The notes under the pieces: model-generated
Told to the model about the DNA's origin: nothing
What the model saw: the letters and a program-made list of their open reading frames with translations, nothing else
Database searches by the model: none
Program-made: the position numbers and the translations under genes
Part shown: one piece after another, positions 9,980 to 19,643 of the stretch
Numbering within the stretch: the first letter of the stretch is position 1
Layout: the number at the start of each line of letters is the position of its first letter
Origin: Thermoplasmata archaeon
GTDB taxonomy: Archaea; Thermoplasmatota; Thermoplasmata; Lutacidiplasmatales; UBA184
NCBI GenBank assembly: GCA_021827405.1
Contig: JAKAVY010000001.1
Coordinates: 16,861-80,860, forward strand
DNA: 64,000 nt
Direction of reading: 5' to 3'

Positions 9980-10201
9980 CGCCGGGTCGGAAATCCCGGG
10001 ACCCGATCGCCCTGGCTCAGGGCTTAAGCCATGTCCCCCGGACCTTCCCGGTGCCCTCGTTCCAGGGCCCCTAAGTAGGAACCCCCACTCCCCTTCGGAG
10101 ATCCGCCCAGAGGCTCCCGGGGGTTTTCGGGCGCGAGGAGGACGGACGGACCCCGGCGCCATGGGTTCTTAGACCCGCTCGCGTATCGATCCTGAAAACC
10201 C

Positions 10202-12271
10202 TTGACCCTGCTCCTCCTCCTGCCTCAGTTGCTGCTCTTCCTGGTCTTGCTGCTGCCCCTGGGCCTCACCCTCCTCGAGGTCGGTCAGCGTCTCCTCGGT
10301 CTGCGCGTGACCTTTCTCCCTGCCGAGCAGCTCTTGCTGGGCTTCTACCTGGCGGGAGGCTTCCTGTACGGCATCGCCTCGCTGCCGGTGGGCCTTTTCA
10401 CCTTCCCCATCCTCCTCGTGGCCCTCCTGGCCGGGTTCCTGGGCCTGTTCTGGCTTCCTCAGACCCGTTCCTGGGTCCGCCCGCGGAGGCCGGGGGACGC
10501 AAAGGGGTCTCCTTCCCTCTGGGGGACGGTCCTCCTGTTGACCGGCGCCTTCCTCTTCCTCCTGGTGTTCGAAGGGCTGGTCGTCGGGAGCGCGCCCCTC
10601 CCCAACACCTTTGACGGAAGTGTGCAGGCCACCTTCGTCACGCTCCTGCTGGCGCATGGACATACGCCCTTCACGCTCCAGCCCTTCGCCAACTTCGGGG
10701 TCGTCTACCCCCAAGGGACGAGCACCTGGTTCGCGACCGGCTCCCTCCTCTGGGGCTGGTCACCCGCGTTGGACCCGGTGAACCTCCCCCCGCTGTTCCT
10801 GGCCTTGTCCGTCCCGGCCGCCTACGCGTGGGGCCGCCGGCTCCAAGGCGTGGGGGACGCCCGGGGACGACGTGCGGGGCTCATGTTCGCGATGGCCTTT
10901 GCCCTGCTCGGCACCTGGCCGCGATTCCTGGTGGCCGGGTCGTACGACTTCGTGGCCGCGGTCCCGCTCTTCCTGGTCCTCTTAGGACTGTTGGAACCGC
11001 TCTTGTCCGAAGCGACGCCCCGCTGGAGGGGGGTCGTAGCCTACGGCGGAATGCTTGCCATCCTCGCCAGCCTGAGCGTGGTGGCCGCGGAGCTCCTTGT
11101 CCCCATGATCCTCGTCCTGGCCCTTTTGAAGAACGCCTCGACCCGGGTCCACTGGCCCTCCTGGACCCTGGCGTCGCTGGTGGCGGGGGCCATCGCCCTC
11201 TGCGGGGTGATCCCGTCCCTGGTGGGGCTCACGGTCTGGCGGGCCTACCCAAACCACGTCCTTACGGCCACGGGCGGCATGTTTGTCCCCCCTTCGCCCG
11301 TGCCGGCCGACCCGCTCGGTGTCTTCACCGGGCTGGCCGACCCGTTCCTCTTCCGTCCACAGGATGTCTGGCTTTCCCCCTTTCCTTTGCTGAAGGGGGA
11401 ACTGGCCCTCCTTCTCGCCGGGGGGCTTGTCCTGGTCGGGCTCCGCCTCCTGAGATATCCGCCCTCCTGGGTAGACTTCCTGCGCCGGAGGACCGCCCGC
11501 CACCTGGCCGGGGCCCTGGGGGTGTCGCTAGGCGCGTTAGGCCTCCTGACCCTCTCCGGGCCCCCCTCCTCTCCGCTCTCCCTGCTCGCCGGGCTCTCCA
11601 GCGGGGCGGAGGTCTCCATCCTGCTCTTCCTCGTCTACACCGCGATCGCGACGCTTCCGCTCGTGGGGGTGATGGAGCAGTGGGCCCGTCCTCCCCCTAC
11701 CCTCCCCGAGCGGTCCCTCCGGGTTCCCCTCCGGAGGGTCCCTTTCCACGGCGCGCCCCGGACGACCACGCTCATCCTCGGCGCTGCCCTCGTGGCCGGG
11801 AGCCTTGGCTCCGGGTTGGTGGTGACGGCCACCAGTGCCCCCCCTTACCTGGGGGCCATAACCCACGACCTCGCGAACGTGACGCAGGGGGACCTGGCCG
11901 CCCTCCAGTGGTCCGCCGGCCTGCCATCCTGCTCCCGGGTGTTCGTGGCCCCGGGGTCCGCGGGCGAGTTCCTGCCGGCCTATGCCACGGTCCAACTCGT
12001 CTACCCGATGAACCCCGCTCCCTTAAACGGGTCCTATCAACGGGCGGATTCTAACCTGACCGAAGGGGTCGTCACTCCGCCGGTCCTGGTGGACCTAGGA
12101 GACCTAGGGATCACGGAGATATTCGTGACCGGACAGAGCAACGTCCTCTATCCGTCCATCCCTCCCGGTCCGTTGGAGGCCTCTCCCGCCTTCCAGCTAC
12201 TCTACCACTCCGAAGACGCCTACGTCTTCGAGTTCCTTGCGGGGGCGGAGGGGAGCGGATGCCTTCCTTGA
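10202..12271 (+). CDS. Large polytopic membrane protein (at least 12 TM helices plus a C-terminal soluble domain). Function unknown, possibly GT-C-like. The start is uncertain (a TTG at 10202 in a Leu-rich low-complexity stretch).
   Basis: 689-aa ORF, with many hydrophobic helices across the first 500 aa and a soluble C-terminal roughly 170 aa. The antisense frame is low-complexity, acidic and implausible. No WWDYG or other diagnostic motif was found. Confidence 0.5.
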   Translation: MTLLLLLPQLLLFLVLLLPLGLTLLEVGQRLLGLRVTFLPAEQLLLGFYLAGGFLYGIASLPVGLFTFPILLVALLAGFLGLFWLPQTRSWVRPRRPGDAKGSPSLWGTVLLLTGAFLFLLVFEGLVVGSAPLPNTFDGSVQATFVTLLLAHGHTPFTLQPFANFGVVYPQGTSTWFATGSLLWGWSPALDPVNLPPLFLALSVPAAYAWGRRLQGVGDARGRRAGLMFAMAFALLGTWPRFLVAGSYDFVAAVPLFLVLLGLLEPLLSEATPRWRGVVAYGGMLAILASLSVVAAELLVPMILVLALLKNASTRVHWPSWTLASLVAGAIALCGVIPSLVGLTVWRAYPNHVLTATGGMFVPPSPVPADPLGVFTGLADPFLFRPQDVWLSPFPLLKGELALLLAGGLVLVGLRLLRYPPSWVDFLRRRTARHLAGALGVSLGALGLLTLSGPPSSPLSLLAGLSSGAEVSILLFLVYTAIATLPLVGVMEQWARPPPTLPERSLRVPLRRVPFHGAPRTTTLILGAALVAGSLGSGLVVTATSAPPYLGAITHDLANVTQGDLAALQWSAGLPSCSRVFVAPGSAGEFLPAYATVQLVYPMNPAPLNGSYQRADSNLTEGVVTPPVLVDLGDLGITEIFVTGQSNVLYPSIPPGPLEASPAFQLLYHSEDAYVFEFLAGAEGSGCLP

Positions 12272-12294
12272 TCCTGAGGACCCGGGCTCACCGC

Positions 12295-12339
12295 CCCGGG
12301 ACCCTCTCGGGTCCCGGGCCCCCCGCCCGTCAGGGGCGG
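12295..12339 (+). terminator. Two tandem GC-rich hairpins immediately after the stop of the 689-aa membrane-protein gene
   Basis: A 10-bp perfect stem cccgggaccc/gggtcccggg with loop tctc (12295-12318) is followed by ccgccc-gtcag-gggcgg (12323-12339). No T-tract follows. Confidence 0.3.
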
Positions 12340-12454
12340 TTCCCATGAGGGGGTTACGAAGGCCTCTGGCTGGGGTTCCGCCGACGCAGCCACGGACCCG
12401 GCGTAGACGCCGGGACCCCCGGCCTCCCTCCGGTGTACCCTACCCGGGGGGCCC

Positions 12455-13477
12455 TTGAGCCCCGGTACCCGGCTCGGGCTCCTGCTCGCCGGGGTCCTGG
12501 TCGTCACCTGGTCCCTCGGCCTGTACGCCATCGCCACTTTCACCTTCATCCTGGGGATACCCCCGGGCCCCCTCCTCCTCGGAATCTCCGGCTTCCTCTT
12601 CGTGATCTTCTATCATCGCTCGGGGGGTTCCCAGGACCCGGCGCATCTCCAGGTCATCGTCGGGCTCGGGTTCGTCCTCGCCATCGCATCGGTGCTGCTC
12701 GGCAACGGGATGACCGACGAGTGGGCCACGACCCCCCGGTACGCCTACACCCTCCTGGCCGGTAGGGACTTCTACTCCACCCCGACCACGTTCACCTACG
12801 TCCAGGTGCTCCCCTTCCTGCAGTACTCCTCGCGCACCTCCATCACCTATGACAACTATCTCCCCCTTCTGACCTTCCTGCAGGTCCCCGGATTGGACTA
12901 TCGCTACTTCAGCATCGGGTGCTGGCTGGGGATGGTCTACCTCGTCCGGAAGCGGTTCTACGCTGCGCTCACGCTCGGCCAGCCCCTCTTCGCGCTCTAC
13001 GCCGCGAACGGCTTCAACGACCTGGTCGTCCTCCTGTTGCTGACGCTAGCCTTCGTAGGGTACGAAGGCCGAAGGAGCCGGATCGCCCAGGTCTTGTCCC
13101 TGGGGGCCAAGCAATTCGCCAACGCTTTCGTCTTCGTGTACTACCTGCTCAAGCGGGATGTCCGGGGAATGGTGCTCACCGTGCTGGTGACGCTGGCCTT
13201 CCTCCTTCCCTTCCTCGTTTGGGACGGGTCGGCCACGATCTGCAATGCCGGCTTGGCCGCCGGGGACCCCTCCTGCCTGGTCCGGGGGGGGTACTTCGGC
13301 ATCGGAGAATTCCTCGACCACGCCAACTACTGGCTCTGGCCCCTGTGGATGGCCGCGATCTACCACCGCTCGGTCCTTTCGTTCCTCCGGTCCCACCCCC
13401 GTTGGCCCGGGGCGAGCTGGCTCTATCGCTGGGTGACGGCCACCTCAGGAGGGGGCCCGGTAGACAAGGGCCGCTGA
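12455..13477 (+). CDS. Polytopic membrane protein (about 9-10 TM helices), function unknown
   Basis: 340-aa hydrophobic ORF on the same strand as, and 183 nt downstream of, the 689-aa membrane protein. Composition is balanced (W, Y and F rich, typical of membrane proteins). Confidence 0.5.
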   Translation: MSPGTRLGLLLAGVLVVTWSLGLYAIATFTFILGIPPGPLLLGISGFLFVIFYHRSGGSQDPAHLQVIVGLGFVLAIASVLLGNGMTDEWATTPRYAYTLLAGRDFYSTPTTFTYVQVLPFLQYSSRTSITYDNYLPLLTFLQVPGLDYRYFSIGCWLGMVYLVRKRFYAALTLGQPLFALYAANGFNDLVVLLLLTLAFVGYEGRRSRIAQVLSLGAKQFANAFVFVYYLLKRDVRGMVLTVLVTLAFLLPFLVWDGSATICNAGLAAGDPSCLVRGGYFGIGEFLDHANYWLWPLWMAAIYHRSVLSFLRSHPRWPGASWLYRWVTATSGGGPVDKGR

Positions 13478-14802
13478 GGCCGCGGCGGGGTGCCGGGTGC
13501 CCGCCGTCTCGTCGCCCCCCTTCGGGAGGCGTAGAGGTAAGCGACCGTGGCGCCCACCAGGCTGACCGCGATGGGCCAGCCCACGAATGGGATGAGGACT
13601 AAGGAGAAGGCGAGAGAGAACCCCGCCAAGAGCCAGGGGAGTCGTCCCCCCCCGGCGGTCGGGGGGAGGAGGCGTAGCCCGGCCGCGGAGCCGAGCGCGT
13701 AGGTGATCAGGGCCGCTCCCCCGGCGGTTAGGAGCGCCGTGGAAAGGTCGGTCCCGGCGAAGTAATAGACCACAAGCACCAGGGACATCCCCGCCAGGAG
13801 GAAGCCCATCGCCCGGGTGGGGACCCGGCGGTCGGGGTCAAGCCAACCTAGACCGCCGGGCAACGCTCCGTCGAGGGCGGCCGCGTACACGACCCGGGAC
13901 ATTCCGGCCGTGTAGGCGTTGACCACCGCGAAGACGATGAAGAGCGCGAAGAGCGCGGTACCCTCGCTCGCATAGGGTCCGAAGACCCCCCCCAATATGG
14001 CGGCGAACGGCGCGACGCTCCCCCCGGTGCGGTACGCCCCCGTGCCCACGGTCACGAAGGCCACCGAGAGGTAAAGCACGGCCACCAGGGCCACGCTCCA
14101 CAGGACGCTCCGCCGGAAGTCCCGGGCCGGATCGACGAACTCGGCGGCCACGCTGGAAACGTTCTCGTACCCGAGGAAGGACCAGAAGATGAATGCGGCA
14201 GCCGTTCCCACGGGGAGAAGGCCTTCGGGCGCGAAGGGGGTGAAGTTCCCGAGACGGACCTCCCTCCCCGCCACCAGGACGACCAAGGCCAGGAGCGCCA
14301 CGATGGCCCCCACCACGCCCAACTGGACCCGGCTCGAAAGGGTGATCCCTCGATAATTGACCGAGAAGGCTGCCCCGATGACGGCAAACGCTAGGAGGAA
14401 CGTCTCGGGGCGGGACAGCGGGAAGGCGTAGCCGAGGTAAGAGGCCGCGATCAGGGTCACGGCGGGCCCCCCCGTGAAGCTCCAGAGGACGATGAGCCAG
14501 CCGGTCACGGCCGCCGCCCGAACCCCAAAGGCCTCGCGGACGAAGCCGTAGATGCCGCCGGCCTCCGGCCGCCGTGCCGAGAGCCCCGAGAAGGTCAAGG
14601 CCAGGGGCACGCTGGCCCCAGCGAGCAGCGCCCACGCGAGGAGGGAGGCCGGACCGGCCAGCCGCGCGGTAAGGCCCGGAAGGACGAGGATCCCGGAGCC
14701 CAGCACCGAGCTCACGTAGAGGGCCACGGCGTGCGAAGGGCGGATGGACCGGCGGAACGAGACGCCCGAGGATGGCCTCGCCCGGGAGGCGGCCCCCGTC
14801 AC
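13423..14802 (-). CDS. Amino-acid permease (APC superfamily)
   Basis: 459 aa with 12 predicted TM helices. The N-terminal region VALYVSSVLGSGILVLPGLTA is typical of the APC-family G-rich TM1, and the architecture fits amino acid/polyamine antiporters. Confidence 0.8.
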   Translation of the reverse strand: MTGAASRARPSSGVSFRRSIRPSHAVALYVSSVLGSGILVLPGLTARLAGPASLLAWALLAGASVPLALTFSGLSARRPEAGGIYGFVREAFGVRAAAVTGWLIVLWSFTGGPAVTLIAASYLGYAFPLSRPETFLLAFAVIGAAFSVNYRGITLSSRVQLGVVGAIVALLALVVLVAGREVRLGNFTPFAPEGLLPVGTAAAFIFWSFLGYENVSSVAAEFVDPARDFRRSVLWSVALVAVLYLSVAFVTVGTGAYRTGGSVAPFAAILGGVFGPYASEGTALFALFIVFAVVNAYTAGMSRVVYAAALDGALPGGLGWLDPDRRVPTRAMGFLLAGMSLVLVVYYFAGTDLSTALLTAGGAALITYALGSAAGLRLLPPTAGGGRLPWLLAGFSLAFSLVLIPFVGWPIAVSLVGATVAYLYASRRGATRRRAPGTPPRPQRPLSTGPPPEVAVTQR

Positions 14803-14823
14803 GTCCCTCCCTCCGTGTGCCAG

Positions 14824-14829
14824 TATAAG
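14824..14829 (-). promoter_or_regulatory. TATA-box-like element about 25 nt upstream of the APC permease ATG (14802), suggesting a leaderless transcript
   Basis: tataag at 14824-14829 lies within the GC-rich divergent region 14803-15137. The spacing to the ATG matches archaeal TATA-to-TSS geometry. Confidence 0.3.
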
Positions 14830-15137
14830 AGTACGAGGCTCTTCTGCCTCCCCCAGAGGAGCGAGAGGGTCCCCAAGGGGCGGGAACTACCCTCGCCATC
14901 TCTCCGACCGTCTGGAGGGGGACCCCCGACGCTCGCGCCCGGGGCCCGTTCCAGCCGCCCGGCTGCTGTCGCCGTGACGTTGGAGGGTCGTCCTCCCGGC
15001 GACCTGGCGGAGAGCGGGGGGGAGGCGGCCAGCCGAGAGGGCATTTTTCCCCGGCGGACGCGGCCCGGGCCGGGTTGGCGGCGGGCTCCTGGGAGGACCG
15101 GGAATCATGAAATACGCCGGTCCGCTCGTGCACGGGG

Positions 15138-16034
15138 ATGGTGACTGTTCCCCCCTTCCCTACCGGCACGGACCGCCTCAAACGGGGGTTCGCCCGCATG
15201 CAGCAAGGGGGGGTCATCATGGATGTGACCACCCCGGAGCAGGCCGCGGTCGCCGAGGAGGCTGGCGCGGTGGCGGTCATGGCCTTGGAGAGGATACCGG
15301 CCGACATCCGGGCCGCGGGCGGGGTCGCGAGGATGGCCGACCCCAATCGGGTGCGCTCGATCATGGCCGCCGTGACGGTCCCGGTGATGGCCAAATGTCG
15401 GATTGGCCACACCGCGGAGGCCCGGATCCTGGAGAGCCTGGGGGTGGACATGGTCGACGAGTCGGAAGTCCTCACCCCGGCAGACCCCTTCTTCCACGTG
15501 GCCAAGAAGGAGTTCACCGTCCCTTTCGTCTGCGGAGCGCGGAACCTGGGAGAAGCCCTCCGGCGGATGGACGAGGGGGCCGCGATGATCCGGACCAAGG
15601 GCGAACCCGGCACGGGCAATGTGGTCGAGGCGGTCCGTCACCTCCGGCAGATGAACCAGGAGATCGCGGCCTTGGAGGCCATGACCCTGGAGGAGCTCGG
15701 GGTCTATGCGGAGAAGGAGAAGGTCCCTCTGGAACGGGTGCGGGAGGTCCAGGCGCTCAAGCGGCTCCCGGTCATCAACTTCGCCGCGGGGGGGATCGCC
15801 ACCCCGGCCGATGCGGCGCTCTGCCGGCTTCTGGGCGCGGACGGGATCTTCGTGGGCAGCGGCATCTTCAAGTCCGCCAATCCCCGGGAGACGGCTCGGG
15901 CCATCGTGGAGGCGAGCATGCACCACACGGACTGGGCCCGTCTGGCGCGCGTCAGTTCGGGGCTCGGGGAGGCCATGAAGGGGATCGAGATCTCCACCTT
16001 GACCGCCGACCAGCTCCTCCAGGTGCGGGAGTAG
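15138..16034 (+). CDS. pdxS: Pyridoxal 5'-phosphate synthase, synthase subunit PdxS (Pdx1/SNZ)
   Basis: Near-identical blocks to bacterial and archaeal PdxS: [97 protein letters not shown]. No pdxT gene follows. Confidence 0.9.
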   Translation: MVTVPPFPTGTDRLKRGFARMQQGGVIMDVTTPEQAAVAEEAGAVAVMALERIPADIRAAGGVARMADPNRVRSIMAAVTVPVMAKCRIGHTAEARILESLGVDMVDESEVLTPADPFFHVAKKEFTVPFVCGARNLGEALRRMDEGAAMIRTKGEPGTGNVVEAVRHLRQMNQEIAALEAMTLEELGVYAEKEKVPLERVREVQALKRLPVINFAAGGIATPADAALCRLLGADGIFVGSGIFKSANPRETARAIVEASMHHTDWARLARVSSGLGEAMKGIEISTLTADQLLQVRE

Positions 16035-16100
16035 GACCCCCGCCCGGTGCTCCCAGGGGTCTTGTAGGCGGGACCCTTTCGCCTGCCGAGGCTCACCTTC

Positions 16101-17249
16101 GTGCGGATTCTGCAGGTCTGCCCGTACTTCGCCCCCCACGTGGGGGGCGTGGAGACCCATGTGGAGATGATCTCCGGGGAGCTCGCCCGGCGGGGGCATG
16201 ACGTCCACATCCTCACCTCCGCCCACCGCCCCGGGCTCGCGCGCATCGAGCGGTTCCCCCAGGGCTTCACCGTCCACCGGGTGCCTTCGGTCGGCGAGGT
16301 CTTCCGTACCCCGCTCACCTGGGGGGTCGGCCAGGCGCTGGCCGGGCTCCCCGCGGACCTGGTCCACCTCCATTATCCTCCCCCCATCACTCCCTTCCAA
16401 GCGGCCCGTTCCCTCCGTCACGAGGGCCGCCCGGTCTGCCTCACCTACCACTGCGACCTCTTCTTGGAGGTTCCCGGCGGGCGACTGGTGACCGCGCTCT
16501 ATGAGCGGGTCTTCCTTCCCACCCCGCTCGACCTCGCCCGCCGGATCATCGTCCACTCCGCGAGCTATGCCCGGACCTCCCGGGCGCTGCAGGGAAGGCC
16601 CCTGGCGGTGGTCCCCTCTACCGTGGACACCGACCGGTTCCACCCCCGCTCGGACGACGCCGCGCTGCGCAGGGAGCTTAGGGCCGAGGGGGTCCCGGTG
16701 GTCCTCTTCGTCGGGCGCCTGGTCCCGCACAAGGGCGTGGAGGACCTCATCCTCGCCCTGCTCGACCTGCCTCCTCCCACGTTGCTGGTGGTGGCGGGAG
16801 ATGGGCCCAGACGGGCCGCCCTGGAGCGCCTGGCGGCCTCCCAGGGCCTCCTCTCCCGCGTCCGGTTCGTGGGGGCGGTGTCCGACGAGGACCTCCCGCG
16901 GTATCACGCGATCTCGCAGGTGGTCGTGCTACCCTCGAACAATCGGCTGGAAGGATTCGGACTGGCGATCGTGGAGGCCATGGCCTCGGGTCGGCCGGTC
17001 ATCGTGGCCGACGTCCCCGGGGTCCGGGACGTCATCGAGAACGGCCGGGACGGTCTCCTGGCCGAGCCTCTGATGTCCACGGACATCGCCCATCGCTGCC
17101 GTCAGCTCCTGAACGACCCGGCCCTAAGGGAAGCGTTGGGCCGGAGCGCCCGGGAGAGTGCCGTCCAGAAGTACGCCCTCCCCGTGGTCGTCGGTCGCCT
17201 GGAGGAGGTCTACCAGGAGGTCATCCGAGCTCCCCCAGGCGGGAACTGA
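16101..17249 (+). CDS. GT4-family (GT-B fold) glycosyltransferase; GTG start
   Basis: N-terminal MRILQVCPYFAPHVGGVETHV and C-terminal E-x7-E-like region (EGFGLAIVEAMASGRPVI) are typical of GT4 (RfaB/WbnK-like) enzymes. Confidence 0.8.
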   Translation: MRILQVCPYFAPHVGGVETHVEMISGELARRGHDVHILTSAHRPGLARIERFPQGFTVHRVPSVGEVFRTPLTWGVGQALAGLPADLVHLHYPPPITPFQAARSLRHEGRPVCLTYHCDLFLEVPGGRLVTALYERVFLPTPLDLARRIIVHSASYARTSRALQGRPLAVVPSTVDTDRFHPRSDDAALRRELRAEGVPVVLFVGRLVPHKGVEDLILALLDLPPPTLLVVAGDGPRRAALERLAASQGLLSRVRFVGAVSDEDLPRYHAISQVVVLPSNNRLEGFGLAIVEAMASGRPVIVADVPGVRDVIENGRDGLLAEPLMSTDIAHRCRQLLNDPALREALGRSARESAVQKYALPVVVGRLEEVYQEVIRAPPGGN

Positions 17250-18045
17250 GCCGCTCCGCCTCCCGGCCCGCGGCCTCCGCCCAATCCTCCCCCAGGGACG
17301 CGAAGAGGATCCCCCGGGAACTGTTCACCAAGAGCGTTCCCGGGCGCCCTCCCCGCGCCTCCCGGAGCATCGCGTCCAGGTCCCCTCCCTGGGCCCCGAT
17401 CCCGGGCACCAGGATCGGGACCGTGGGCCCGAGGAGCCGGCGCGCCTCGGAAAGGGTACCGGGGCGGGTCGCGCCGACCACCGCCCCCAGGTTTCCCCGG
17501 GCCGCCCGGGACTGGAGCTCGAGGAGCGTCCAGTGCCAGAGCGGGCCCCGGGGGGTGGGAAGGTCTTGCACGTCCTTCGCCCCCGGGTTCGACCCGCGGG
17601 CGACCACGAAGACGCCGTACGCCGGGTCTTGTCCCAGCGCCTCGATGGACTCCCATCCCATGAGCGGATGGGCGGTCACCGCCGAGCACCCAAAGGCGTC
17701 GAACGCTGCGCGGGCGTACAGGCCCATAGTGTTCGGGATGTCGCTGGCCTTCAGGTCGAGGATCACCGGCACCTCCCCGCGCAGGCGCCGGGTCAACCGG
17801 GCGAGTACGGCGACCCCTTCGGGCCCGAAGGCCAGGTAGCTCGCCAGCTGGCACTTGTAGACGGAAGCGTACGGGAGGGTGTGTTCCACGATCCCGTCGA
17901 GGAACCGGGCGAGACGTTCGACGATCGGCCCGGTCCCCAGGGAGGCCGGGAACCGTCCCGGATCGGGGTCCAACCCCACGCACAAGCCGTGGCCCCGGGC
18001 ACGGACGGACCTTTCCAGCGTCTCGTAGAAGAGCGGAAGGGCCAT
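17221..18045 (-). CDS. pyrF: Orotidine-5'-phosphate decarboxylase (type 2, long form)
   Basis: Motifs VGLDPD and ILDLKASDIPNTM (the D-x-K-x-x-D-I-P-N-T active-site signature) in a 274-aa protein. It converges on the GT4 gene with a 29-nt 3' overlap. Confidence 0.8.
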   Translation of the reverse strand: MALPLFYETLERSVRARGHGLCVGLDPDPGRFPASLGTGPIVERLARFLDGIVEHTLPYASVYKCQLASYLAFGPEGVAVLARLTRRLRGEVPVILDLKASDIPNTMGLYARAAFDAFGCSAVTAHPLMGWESIEALGQDPAYGVFVVARGSNPGAKDVQDLPTPRGPLWHWTLLELQSRAARGNLGAVVGATRPGTLSEARRLLGPTVPILVPGIGAQGGDLDAMLREARGGRPGTLLVNSSRGILFASLGEDWAEAAGREAERLSSRLGELG

Positions 18046-18093
18046 CGGGATTCCGCAGGGAAGGACCCAGATAAGGCGACCGGTGGGCCCGGC

Positions 18094-18834
18094 TCAGGGG
18101 GCGGGGGGGAGCGCGGGAGGGGACGAAGGCCCCGCCCCGGCCGGGGTCCGGCGCCGAAGCGGCGTCCAAGGCATCGCCCCGGTCACCATGTAGACCACAC
18201 GCTCCCCGATGCTCACCGCATGGTCGGAGATCCGCTCCAGGAAGCGGTTCACGAGGATGTAGCGGGCTCCCACCGGGATGGGGAGGGTCTGGTCGCTCAT
18301 CCTTTCGATGATCTCCTGGAAGAGGTTCTCATGGAGTTGGTCCACGGCGTCGTCGAGCTCGGCCATGCGCCGTACGGACTCCACGTCGGAGTGGACGAAC
18401 GCCTGGACGGCCCGCTGTACCATCTGGGTGCTCAGCTCCGCCATCCGGGTGAGGGTGGCGAGCTGGGGAGGGACGGCGATCCGCTCCGCGGCCAGTTCCT
18501 GCGTGACCTCGGAGATGTGGCGGGCGAGCCGGGTGGAGCGGCCCAGGTCGGTGGTGATCTCCAGGGAAGTGGTGATCGTGCGGAGGTCATGGGCCACCGG
18601 CGCGTGCAGCGCGATGAGGTTCACGCAGGAGGTCTCGATCACCCGCCGGAGCGCATAGGCCTCCCGGTCCAGGGCCAGCACCTCCTGGACCGCGGCGAGG
18701 TCCCCTTGGAGCAGGCTCTCCACCGCCTTGCGGATGGAACGCTCGGTCACGTCCGCGAGGGCCTTCATCTCCTCCTGGAGCCCCTCGAGGCCCTGCTGGA
18801 GCGCTTTGCGGTGGACCTCTTCAGGGGGGCTCAT
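18094..18834 (-). CDS. phoU: Phosphate-transport system regulatory protein PhoU (two PhoU repeats)
   Basis: Helical repeats with conserved D-x-x-x-D/E and (V/I)ERI(S/G)DHA motifs (ILVNRFLERISDHAVSIGERVVYMVTG). It sits immediately downstream of pstB with a 4-nt overlap. Confidence 0.85.
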   Translation of the reverse strand: MSPPEEVHRKALQQGLEGLQEEMKALADVTERSIRKAVESLLQGDLAAVQEVLALDREAYALRRVIETSCVNLIALHAPVAHDLRTITTSLEITTDLGRSTRLARHISEVTQELAAERIAVPPQLATLTRMAELSTQMVQRAVQAFVHSDVESVRRMAELDDAVDQLHENLFQEIIERMSDQTLPIPVGARYILVNRFLERISDHAVSIGERVVYMVTGAMPWTPLRRRTPAGAGPSSPPALPPAP

Positions 18835-19643
18835 CCGAACCTCCCGGTGATGTAGTTCTCCGTGAGCTTCTCCTGCGGGCTCTCGAAGAGCTGTCGGGTC
18901 TCCTCGAACTCCACGAGCCGGCCCTGGTAGAGGAAAGCGGTGTAGTCCGCTACCCGGGCGGCCTGCTGCATGTTATGGGTCACGATGACCACGGTGTACT
19001 CCTTCTTCAGCTCGTAGATCATGTCCTCGACCTTCTGGGTGGCGATGGGGTCTAAGCTGCTCGTCGGTTCGTCCATGAGCAGCACCCCGGGTTCCACCGC
19101 CAGGGCCCGGGCGATGCACAGACGTTGTTGCTGCCCCCCGGAGAGGGCGAGCGCCGGCCGGTCCAGGTCCTCCCGGACCTCCTCCCAGAGCCCCGCCCGC
19201 TTCAGGGAACGCACGACGCCCCGGTCCACCTCCAATCGAGATTGCCGCTCCAGCCGGAGCCCGAAGGCGACGTTCTCGTAGATGGAGCTCGGGAAGACGG
19301 TGGGCCTCTGGAAGACCATCCCGATCCGCCGACGGACCTGCACCGGGTTCACCCCGGGGTCGTAGATGTTCCTCCCGCGGTAGTGGACCTCGCCGGTGAT
19401 GGTGAGGCCGGCGAGCTCGGCCATCCGGTTGAGGCAGCGGACGTACGTCGTCTTCCCGCAGCCGGACGGGCCGATGATGGCGGAGACCTTCTGCCGGGGG
19501 AAGGCCAGGGAGACCTCGGAAAGGATCTCCCGGGTCCCGGAGCGCACCGTGAGGCGGGAGGACGAGAGGAGGACCTCTCCCGAGGGGAACGGCAAGTCGC
19601 CAACGCCCCCCGCCGGCGGGGGGCCACCGGGTCCCCCGCTCAT
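18831..19643 (-). CDS. pstB: Phosphate ABC transporter ATP-binding protein PstB
   Basis: Walker A GPSGCGKTT, ABC signature LSGGQQQRLCIARALA, Walker B LLMDEPTSSLD and H-loop VTHNM. The C-terminal region matches PstB. It overlaps pstA by 4 nt. Confidence 0.9.
   Translation of the reverse strand: MSGGPGGPPPAGGVGDLPFPSGEVLLSSSRLTVRSGTREILSEVSLAFPRQKVSAIIGPSGCGKTTYVRCLNRMAELAGLTITGEVHYRGRNIYDPGVNPVQVRRRIGMVFQRPTVFPSSIYENVAFGLRLERQSRLEVDRGVVRSLKRAGLWEEVREDLDRPALALSGGQQQRLCIARALAVEPGVLLMDEPTSSLDPIATQKVEDMIYELKKEYTVVIVTHNMQQAARVADYTAFLYQGRLVEFEETRQLFESPQEKLTENYITGRFG

Noticed and set aside
10169-10714. 181-aa highly acidic, Glu/Gln/Gly-rich minus-strand ORF
   Set aside because: It is a low-complexity antisense product of the Leu-codon (CTG/CTC) rich 5' end of the 689-aa membrane-protein gene. 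It has no start context or homology.
13838-18855. Long ORFs 13838-15619(-), 15105-16907(-) and 17158-18855(+) of 565-600 aa
   Set aside because: All are Arg/Gly/Pro-rich shadow ORFs antisense to the APC permease, pdxS, GT4, pyrF and phoU genes. They show no motifs and have implausible composition.
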